A DNA stretch of 62,806 nucleotides, the filler included. It is 7 parts of 7 records of this genome, joined end to end, with 100 filler letters (N's around TTAATTAATTAA, not from the genome) between each part and the next. Parts side by side here need not be neighbours in the genome. Positions count along the whole stretch, not along the records: positions 54,097 to 58,797 come from SRR9188677_230; positions 58,898 to 62,806 come from SRR9188677_233; 5 more parts are not named here. One strand, given 5' to 3'. Below the pieces are notes generated by a model. It ran no database searches. It had not been told where the DNA came from and saw only the letters and a program-made list of their open reading frames with translations. How positions within the stretch are numbered: position 1 is the stretch's first letter; every line of letters begins with the position of its first letter. The position numbers and the translations under genes were made by a program. Positions 56,396-62,806 of this stretch are shown here, piece by piece.

Positions 56396-57157
56396 TCAGC
56401 CGGCGAGCCAGCCGCCGTCGACCGCCAGCGTGGTGCCCGTGGTGAAGGCGGCGGCATCGCTCGCCAGGAACAGGACCGCCTCGGCGGCCTCTTCCGGCAG
56501 GCCCAGGCGATTGAGCGGGTGACGCGCGCGCGACGCCTCTTCCGCGGCGCGCGGATCGGCTCTGCGGTTGAAGCTGCGTCTGAGCATCGGCGTGTCGATC
56601 GCTCCCGGCACCAGCGCATTGACCCGGATGTGGTCGCCGGCGAAATCCAAGGCCATGGTGCGGGTCAGGCTGAGAAGGGCGCCTTTCGCCGCGATATAGG
56701 CGCTGTTGCCGGCGCCGCCGGCAAGGGCCAGCTGCGACGCCGTGGTGATGATCGCGCCGCCGCCCTGGCGCTGCATGAACGGCACCACCGCGCGCGCCCA
56801 GAGCCAGGTGCCGCCGACATTGGCGCGGAACACCGCGTCCCAGTCCTCCGGGCGGGTGGTCAGGACCGTGCCGCCGACGGAAAAGCCGGCGGCGGTGAAC
56901 AGCACGTCGATCCGGCCATAGCGTTGCTGGATCGCCGCGGCATCCTCATCTGCGGTGCCGACCTCGCCGACATCGGATACCCGTACCACCGCCGCGCCGC
57001 CCGCCTCGGCGATCATTCCGGCGGTCTCGCGGACGCCGGTCTCGTCCCGGTCGACGAGCGCCAGCCGCGCGCCTTCCCGGGCGAAAACGACGGCCGTCGC
57101 CCGGCCGATGCCGGAGCCGGCTCCGGTGATGACGGCGACCTTGTCCTTCAGCCTCAC
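56396..57157 (-). CDS. Short-chain dehydrogenase/reductase
   Basis: TGAGSGIG; S..YIAAK; VDGG. Confidence 0.92.
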   Translation of the reverse strand: MRLKDKVAVITGAGSGIGRATAVVFAREGARLALVDRDETGVRETAGMIAEAGGAAVVRVSDVGEVGTADEDAAAIQQRYGRIDVLFTAAGFSVGGTVLTTRPEDWDAVFRANVGGTWLWARAVVPFMQRQGGGAIITTASQLALAGGAGNSAYIAAKGALLSLTRTMALDFAGDHIRVNALVPGAIDTPMLRRSFNRRADPRAAEEASRARHPLNRLGLPEEAAEAVLFLASDAAAFTTGTTLAVDGGWLAG

Positions 57158-57204
57158 CGGCGCATGTCCTTCTGCAGCAGGCGCGTTCCCACCCGGACCA
57201 TGGT

Positions 57205-58551
57205 TCAGGACGCCACGCGGGCAAGCGCCGCGGCAATCGACGCCTTGAGCATCTCGATCATCTGGTCGATCTCGCCGCGCGAAATGATATAGGGCGGCGC
57301 CAAAATCACGTGGTCGCCGTTATAGCCGTCGACCGTGCCCGGCGAGGGATAGCAGAGCAGGCCGCGGTTGAACGCCTCCTCCTTGACCTTGGCCTGCAGG
57401 CCGAGGGCCGGGGCGAAAGGTGCCTTGGTCTCGCGGTCCTTGACCAGTTCGAGGGCGACGAAAAAGCCGCGCCCCCTGATATCGCCGACATGCGGGTTCT
57501 GCCCGAAGGCCTCGCGCAGCGCCCCCATCAGATAGTCGCCGTCGGTCCGGCATTTTTCCACCAGCCCGTCGCGGATGATCACCTTCTGCACGGCGAGGCC
57601 GGCGGCGCAGGCGGCGGTATGGCCGGAATAGGTGTGGACGCTGGCGATGGTGCCGAAGCTGTCGGCAATGGTGCGATAGACCTCCTCGGTCATCAGCGCC
57701 GCGCCGAGCGGCGCATAACCGCCGGCCAGACCTTTCGCCGTGTACATCACGTCGGGCGCGACGCCGTCATGGGCGAGCGCCCGCCAGGTGCCGCAGCGGC
57801 CGACCCCGCACATCACCTCGTCGGCGATCAGCAGGATGCCGTAGCGGCTGCAGATCTCGCGCATCTTCCGGGCATAACCGTCGGGCGCCGGAACCGCGCC
57901 GCCCGCCGCCCCCACCACCGGCTCGAAGAACAGCGCGGCGATGCGCTCGGCGCCGACCCGGTGGATCTCGCGCTCGAACTCTGCGGCGAGATGATCGGCG
58001 AGTTCATGGGGCGCGACGCCGGCCGGCGGGCGATAGGCATTGGCCGGCGACAGATGGGTCACCGGCATGAGCGCGCCGGCATAGGGCTTGCGCCGGGCCG
58101 GATGGCCCGACAGCGCGAGCGCGCCGAACGTATAGCCGTGCCAGGACTGCCGCCGGGCGAAGAAATGGGTGCGGCCCGAATGGCCGCGCGCGACATGATA
58201 TTGCAGGGCGATCTTCATCGCGGTCTCGGTGGCTTCCGAACCGCCGGAGACGAAGCTGACCCGGCTCATGCCGCCGCCGGCCTGCTCGATGATCGTCTCG
58301 GCGAGCTGGTCGATCGGGTCGGAGGTGAAGTTGGACGAATAACCGAAGGACAGCTTGTCATATTGCGCCTTGATCGCCTCGATCACCTCGCGATGACCGT
58401 GGCCGAGGCAAAACAGCGCGGGCCCCGAGGAGCCGTCGAGATAGCGCCGGCCTGTCTCGTCGACGACATAGATGCCTTCGCCGCCGACCGCCTTGGGCAG
58501 CCTTTCGCCGACCTTGTGCTGGTTCAACCAGCGATGACCGATATCGTCCAT
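57205..58551 (-). CDS. Class III PLP aminotransferase
   Basis: YLDGSSG, GGSEA, SWHG, ADEVMCGVGR.G, AKGLAGG. Confidence 0.92.
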   Translation of the reverse strand: MDDIGHRWLNQHKVGERLPKAVGGEGIYVVDETGRRYLDGSSGPALFCLGHGHREVIEAIKAQYDKLSFGYSSNFTSDPIDQLAETIIEQAGGGMSRVSFVSGGSEATETAMKIALQYHVARGHSGRTHFFARRQSWHGYTFGALALSGHPARRKPYAGALMPVTHLSPANAYRPPAGVAPHELADHLAAEFEREIHRVGAERIAALFFEPVVGAAGGAVPAPDGYARKMREICSRYGILLIADEVMCGVGRCGTWRALAHDGVAPDVMYTAKGLAGGYAPLGAALMTEEVYRTIADSFGTIASVHTYSGHTAACAAGLAVQKVIIRDGLVEKCRTDGDYLMGALREAFGQNPHVGDIRGRGFFVALELVKDRETKAPFAPALGLQAKVKEEAFNRGLLCYPSPGTVDGYNGDHVILAPPYIISRGEIDQMIEMLKASIAAALARVAS

Positions 58552-58771
58552 GTGAAGCCCTCGCAGTGGCAGGCTAGGGGCCAGTGGAGCGAGCGGTCAA
58601 ATGCGCAATACGCATGCCGCCAAGGGGCAGGCGCGGGGTTGCGTGGCCAGGGCTTCGGTGGTTCTGTACCGTCCCCGGTGGCGCCAGAGCGGCCTTATGC
58701 CATCGGCGTGCTCAGCGGCTCGCCTGGACGTCGGTCGCCCTTCGAAATCTTGCGCGTGAACCAACCCACAA

Positions 58772-58794
58772 ACCCTCTCCCAGAGGGAGAGGGT
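58772..58794. repeat. Short palindromic repeat of alphaproteobacterial REP type at the contig end
   Basis: ACCCTCTCCC-AGA-GGGAGAGGGT. Confidence 0.6.
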
Positions 58795-58797
58795 GGC

Positions 58798-58897
58798 NNN
58801 NNNNNNNNNNNNNNNNNNNNNNNNNNNNNNNNNNNNNNNNNTTAATTAATTAANNNNNNNNNNNNNNNNNNNNNNNNNNNNNNNNNNNNNNNNNNNN
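58798..58897. other. Artificial contig spacer
   Basis: N44-TTAATTAATTAA-N44. Confidence 0.99.
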
Positions 58898-59147
58898 GCT
58901 CTATGTCGCGATGACCAGGGCCAAGGATTCGCTCCACCTGATCACGCCGCAGCGCTTCTTCACCTCCGGCCAGGCGGCGCGCGGCGACAGGCATGTCTAT
59001 GCCGCCCGCACCCGCTTCATCCCGCAGCATCTGCTGGAGCATTTCCAAGCGACGTCCTGGACCAGCCAGTCGTTCCGCCAGGACAAGGCGGCACGACCGC
59101 GCAGCTCGGTCGACATCAAGGGCAAGATGCGCTCGATGTGGAAATAA
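58898..59147 (+). CDS. UvrD/Rep-family helicase, 3' fragment
   Basis: LYVAMTRAK helicase motif VI. Confidence 0.82.
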
Positions 59148-59148
59148 C

Positions 59149-59280
59149 CGGCGCTCGGACCGGGACGCGCGTTCAGACGGGGTCGGGCGCGCAGACATGG
59201 TCACGCGCAGACAGGGTCGCAGGGTCGCCCGCGCAGACGGGGTCGCGCGCGCAGACGGGGTCGCGCGATCAGACCGGGTC
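59149..59280. repeat. About 7 copies of a degenerate 18-bp tandem repeat (GCGCGCGCAGACGGGGTC)
   Basis: Units at 59149, 59167, 59185, 59203 (16+8 nt), 59227, 59245, 59263; the last contains the SRAP stop codon. Confidence 0.8.
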
Positions 59281-59961
59281 GAGAATGTCAGGCGTGTCGT
59301 TCCTGGGCGAACCGACCTTGCGACCGATCGGCCACATCGTCATCAGCTCGGACGGGAACGGCTTCATCAGGTCGGCAGGGTCGGCCTCCGGGCCGATCCA
59401 TCTGGCATAATCGGCCGGCGCCAGGATGACCGGCATCCGGTCGTGGATCGTCGCCATCAGTTCGTTGGGCGCACAGGTGACGACGCAGAAGCTGCGCAAA
59501 AGCTCGCCGGTCTCGGGATTGCGCCAGATGTCGTAGATGCCGGCGAGCGCAAAGGGCGCGCCGTCCTTCATCGCAATGGCATAGGGCTGCTTGTCCTTGC
59601 CGGTGCCGTGGATGTCCTTCCACTCGAAATAGCCGTCGATCGGGATCAGGCAGCGCCTCATCGCATAAGCGCGCTTGAACAGGCCGTTGGTGGCGATGGT
59701 CTCCGAGCGGGCATTGACCGGCGGCGGCCGGCCGGGGGCAGCCTCTTTCTGCCACGCCGGCACCAGCCCCCATTTCGCCTGCACGAACATGGCGCTGCCC
59801 GTCTGGGCCTCGTCCTGGACGATGACAGGATAGACCAGGCTCGGCGCGCCATTGTAGCGCGGAAAGCTGTTGTCGAGCGGGCCGATGGCAGCAGGATCGG
59901 CAAAGCCGAAGCTCCGCACCATCTCGGCTAGGGTCGATTTGACAAAGACACGGCCGCACAT
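59269..59961 (-). CDS. SOS response-associated peptidase (SRAP/YedK/HMCES family)
   Basis: N-terminal MCGR (catalytic Cys2); RYNGAP, WGLVP, NARSET, GYFEW, HDRMPVIL. Confidence 0.95.
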   Translation of the reverse strand: MCGRVFVKSTLAEMVRSFGFADPAAIGPLDNSFPRYNGAPSLVYPVIVQDEAQTGSAMFVQAKWGLVPAWQKEAAPGRPPPVNARSETIATNGLFKRAYAMRRCLIPIDGYFEWKDIHGTGKDKQPYAIAMKDGAPFALAGIYDIWRNPETGELLRSFCVVTCAPNELMATIHDRMPVILAPADYARWIGPEADPADLMKPFPSELMTMWPIGRKVGSPRNDTPDILDPV

Positions 59962-60014
59962 GACCTCAAAGTGCCGCTCAAGCGGGAAAATGGCAATGGC
60001 TCTGACAAGGGGGA

Positions 60015-60060
60015 CCGAGACTTCGGGGGGCCGAGAGTTCGGGGGCCGAGACTTCGGGGA
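60015..60060. repeat. Three tandem 15/16-bp repeats CCGAGA(C/G)TTCGGGG
   Basis: ccgagacttcgggggg-ccgagagttcggggg-ccgagacttcgggga. Confidence 0.8.
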
Positions 60061-60068
60061 GATCGCCG

Positions 60069-60600
60069 ATGAATGCGAACATGACGATCGCAACGCTGAC
60101 CGCGGTCGAAGCCGAAAAGCACATGCCGGGGCTCGTCGAGATATTGAGGCAAAGCGTCGAGGATGGCGCGCTCGTCGGCTTCGTGCTGCCTTTTCCATCG
60201 ATCAGGCGCAGGCCTATTGGCACGGCGCCATTCGCTCCGACAGCGACGGCGAGCGGCTGTTGGTCTGCGCCCGGATCGAGGGCCAGCTGGTCGGCGCCGT
60301 GCAGCTCCATCTGTCGCCTGAACCAGGCGCGCCACACCGGGCCGAGGTCTGCACGCTTCTGGTTCACCGGAATTTCCAACGCCGCGGCATCGGTGCTGCA
60401 CTGACGGACAGGGTCGAGGCAGAAGCCGGTCGGCGAAATCGTTCGTTGCCGATCCTCGACACCGTCCAGGGCGGCAACGCCGAGCGGCTCTGCCGGCGAC
60501 GGGACTGGCAGGAGATCGGCATCGTGCCCAACCAGCTTGTCGATCCGGTCGGCAACTCCAGGGCCTCGGTCTATTTCATCAAGCAGCTCGTACCCGCAGC
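60069..60600 (+). pseudogene. Frameshifted GNAT acetyltransferase (Ttr-like)
   Basis: N-part ...GALVGFVLPF in one frame, C-part SIDQA..HRAEV..LLVH..QRRGIG..LDT in another; break at the T4 run 60191-60194; no stop at the expected end; end coordinate approximate. Confidence 0.75.
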
Positions 60601-60644
60601 GCGGCTTACGGCAGGCGCCGTCAAGCTGCCAATGGTCCGCGGCC

Positions 60645-61184
60645 CTAGCTGCAGCAGGGCTGGCCATCGCCTTTGGCGGGGCCGCAGCAGCTGGCCTTGG
60701 CCTGCTCGACAAGCCAGCGGTCGCGCGGCTTGCAGCTCGCCGCCCGGGGAGACAGCGCGACATGAACCTCGCCGCCCCGGACAAGCGGCATGGATGCCTT
60801 GTGGAGCTGCATCGCAGCGATGCCGTCGCTGACCTCGAAGGTCAGCCGGGCCACGGGGTCGAGAGCGAGATGTTCGCTGACCTTGCGGATGATGGCAGAG
60901 AACTTGCCCGCCGGCATGTGGGTCCGCTCATCCTCGTCGACATCCCAGAGCTGGACGAACAACTCGGTCCAGGTCTCAGGGTTTGCGCCGCAATCAAGTG
61001 CTGCAAATTCTCCCGCCTTGACCTCGGTGACATGATAGCCCGGCTTCACCAGGCGGCCGCCATAGCTGAACAGCAATGGCTTGTCCTGGTGCTCGGCGAG
61101 GACGGACAACAGCGCGCCGATCGCAATGCCGTCATCTGCGAAATCGGTCGAGCCGGCAAGATCGCGGTTGTCAGGGGTCGGCAT
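60645..61184 (-). CDS. DUF6428-like protein with C-terminal Cys pairs
   Basis: GYHVTEVK..DCG..W.E..VQLW; ends ASCK...CCG...CCS; divergent from arsR. Confidence 0.75.
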   Translation of the reverse strand: MPTPDNRDLAGSTDFADDGIAIGALLSVLAEHQDKPLLFSYGGRLVKPGYHVTEVKAGEFAALDCGANPETWTELFVQLWDVDEDERTHMPAGKFSAIIRKVSEHLALDPVARLTFEVSDGIAAMQLHKASMPLVRGGEVHVALSPRAASCKPRDRWLVEQAKASCCGPAKGDGQPCCS

Positions 61185-61206
61185 CTCGGTTATTCCTCAT
61201 TTTGAC

Positions 61207-61226
61207 ATTTCTAGGATTGTTGAAAT
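61207..61226. promoter_or_regulatory. Candidate ArsR operator
   Basis: ATTTC-N10-GAAAT directly before the arsR ATG; TTGACA at 61202. Confidence 0.5.
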
Positions 61227-61553
61227 ATGGATGAACGTCAAGCGCTGATCGCCTTCGGGGCGATGTCCCAGGAAACGCGGCTGAAGATCGTCCGGCTGCT
61301 GGTCAAGGCCGGGCCGGACGGCATGGCCGCAGGCATCATTGCGGAGGCCGCAGGGGTTACGGCATCGAATGTGTCGTTCCACCTCAAGGAGCTGGAGCGC
61401 GGCGGCCTGGTCACCGCCCGCCGGGACGCGCGCTCCATCGTCTACTCGGCCGACTACCAGGCGCTGAGTGGCCTGATCCGGTTTCTGATGGAGGACTGCT
61501 GCGCCGGCAATCCGGCCATCTGCCAGCCGGCACTCGCGCCTGCCTGCTGCTGA
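61227..61553 (+). CDS. arsR: ArsR/SmtB repressor with C-terminal CC-x5-C site
   Basis: SQETRL.I.RLLV; SFHLKEL; EDCCAGNPAIC...CC. Confidence 0.92.
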   Translation: MDERQALIAFGAMSQETRLKIVRLLVKAGPDGMAAGIIAEAAGVTASNVSFHLKELERGGLVTARRDARSIVYSADYQALSGLIRFLMEDCCAGNPAICQPALAPACC

Positions 61554-61570
61554 CATTCGGACACGCTGCA

Positions 61571-62044
61571 ATGAATTCGACAATCCAGCAGATCGAACCC
61601 GGCGATGCCGAATTCGTCGCCGCACTTGCCGCGGAGCACCTGCCTGCCGACGACCTCGCAGAAGACGGCAGGCTGTTTTTCCGGCTTCAGGACAACGGCA
61701 TGACCGTCGGCTTCGGTGGCCTGGAGGTCGTTGGAGACCATGCCCTTCTGCGCTCCATCGTCGTGCTGCCGCCGGCACGTGGCCAAGGCGCAGGAAAACG
61801 CATCACTGGGCAGTTGCTTCGGAAAGCCGAGGATCTCGGAATTTCCGAAGTCTATCTGTTGACCACCTCGGCCGCGCCCTTCTTCGAAGCCGCGGGCTTC
61901 GAGCGCGTCGGGCGAGACACGGCTCCGTCGAAAATCCTGGCCACGAGACAAGCGTCGTCGCTGTGCCCATCCAGCGCTGCCTTGCTGATGCGCCGCCTGC
62001 CTCCCCTTCGCCCATGTTCCACATCGGAGACGACTGATGACTGA
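61571..62044 (+). CDS. arsN2: Arsenic-resistance GNAT N-acetyltransferase (ArsN2-like)
   Basis: GLE..GDHALLRS.VV..RGQGAG; YLLTTSA..FF; SLCPSSA; ars context. Confidence 0.8.
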   Translation: MNSTIQQIEPGDAEFVAALAAEHLPADDLAEDGRLFFRLQDNGMTVGFGGLEVVGDHALLRSIVVLPPARGQGAGKRITGQLLRKAEDLGISEVYLLTTSAAPFFEAAGFERVGRDTAPSKILATRQASSLCPSSAALLMRRLPPLRPCSTSETTDD

Positions 62045-62564
62045 CCGCGTCTACAACGTGCTGTTTCTGTGCACGGGCAATTCGGCCCGCTCGATCCTCG
62101 CGGAGAGCATTCTGCGCAAGGAAGGCGCTGGGCGTTTCAATTCCTATTCGGCGGGCAGCCAGCCCAAGGGCGCGGTCAATCCGATGGCCCTGAAGGTGCT
62201 TGAGGCTCTCGAATATCCGACAGAGGGTTTTCGTTCGAAGTCCTGGGATGAGTTCTCCGTACACGGCGCGCCGGAAATGGATTTCATCTTCACCGTCTGC
62301 GACGACGCGGCCGGAGAAGCCTGCCCGGTCTGGATCGGTCATCCGATGTCGGCTCACTGGGGCATCGAAGACCCCTCGCACGTCGAAGGAACCGACATCG
62401 AAAAAGAGCGCGCGTTCAGCACGGCGGCGCGGTTCATGAAGAACCGGATCATGGCGTTCCTTAGCCTCCCGCTCGCCTCCATCGACCGGATGGCAGTCGA
62501 TCACCATCTCCGGGTGATCGGCCGCATGGAGGGGTCGACCTCAAGGAACACGGACGCAGCCTGA
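62037..62564 (+). CDS. arsC: Arsenate reductase, LMW-PTP fold
   Basis: LCTGNSARS; TVCD.AAGEACP.W.G.P..AHWG.EDP. Confidence 0.93.
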   Translation: MTDRVYNVLFLCTGNSARSILAESILRKEGAGRFNSYSAGSQPKGAVNPMALKVLEALEYPTEGFRSKSWDEFSVHGAPEMDFIFTVCDDAAGEACPVWIGHPMSAHWGIEDPSHVEGTDIEKERAFSTAARFMKNRIMAFLSLPLASIDRMAVDHHLRVIGRMEGSTSRNTDAA

Positions 62565-62567
62565 ATC

Positions 62568-62806
62568 ATGTCGACATTCGAACGTTACCTGACCCTCTGG
62601 GTCGCGCTGTGCATCGTCGTGGGCATCGCGCTTGGCCATCTGATGCCAGGCGTCTTCCAGGCGATCGGCGGCGCCGAGATCGCCAAGGTGAACATCCCCG
62701 TCGCCGTGCTGATCTGGCTGATGATCATCCCGATGCTGCTGAAGATCGATTTCGCCGCCATGGGCGAGGTCGGCAGGCATTGGCGCGGCATCGGCGTCAC
62801 GCTGTT
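62568..62806 (+). CDS. acr3: ACR3-family arsenite efflux transporter, 5' fragment
   Basis: MSTFERYLTLWVALCI...NIPVAVLIWLMIIPMLLKIDF, translated directly (absent from the ORF track). Confidence 0.92.
   Translation, partial: MSTFERYLTLWVALCIVVGIALGHLMPGVFQAIGGAEIAKVNIPVAVLIWLMIIPMLLKIDFAAMGEVGRHWRGIGVTL

Noticed and set aside
54597-58845. 641-, 361- and 511-aa plus-strand ORFs
   Set aside because: Antisense shadows of the SBP, SDR and aminotransferase genes in GC-rich DNA.
14925-58897. Six identical TTAATTAATTAA motifs within N runs as a biological repeat, and any operon or ORF spanning them
   Set aside because: They are fixed-length artificial joins with composition shifts across several of them. 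Cross-spacer neighbourhoods and X-containing ORF extensions are meaningless.
59149-59280. CRISPR array or selenocysteine readthrough at the SRAP stop
   Set aside because: The units are contiguous with no unique spacers and there are no cas genes. The TGA falls where a SRAP domain normally ends and no convincing SECIS was seen.
59962-60198. N-terminal extension of SRAP in the ORF track (309 aa)
   Set aside because: SRAP requires Cys at position 2, so the true start is MCGR at 59961.

Overview
This window is not one locus. It is seven unrelated contigs joined by identical artificial 100-nt spacers (44 N, TTAATTAATTAA, 44 N), so gene context is only meaningful within a block. All product calls come from motifs read by eye and all taxonomy is inferred; no searches were run. 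Block 1 (1-14924, Bacteroidota-like) is a co-oriented run of envelope proteins: FG-GAP/ASPIC-UnbV lipoprotein, GH65, two vanadium-haloperoxidase/PAP2-fold lipoproteins, two outer-membrane barrels and a TonB-dependent receptor. Block 2 (15025-19322, high GC) is a sugar ABC transporter, a GntR/FadR regulator and a partial tRNA-Ala. Block 3 (19423-30399, AT-rich, Bacteroidota-like) looks like a complete beta-oxidative hydroxycinnamate-to-vanillate-to-protocatechuate cluster with a secreted serine hydrolase, followed by galT and galK. Block 4 (30500-50256, Bacteroidota) has a tRNA-Pro end, a long RluA, HxlR/VOC, TPR, PadR, three DEAD-box helicases, a dinB-WYL-gyrI module, T9SS cargo proteins and housekeeping genes. 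Blocks 5 and 6 are high-GC ABC transporter/catabolic fragments. Block 7 has a UvrD end, SRAP, a frameshifted GNAT and an arsenic cluster (DUF6428, arsR, arsN2, arsC, acr3). The best candidates for an undescribed system are: (i) the dual haloperoxidase/barrel/TonB locus; (ii) the lignin-monomer pathway in a Bacteroidota background; (iii) a WYL mini-regulon whose two target promoters share a 48-bp element (42/48 identical) with a TGACA-N6-TGTCA operator; (iv) a leader peptide upstream of the TPR gene. No CRISPR array, transposase or integrase was seen.
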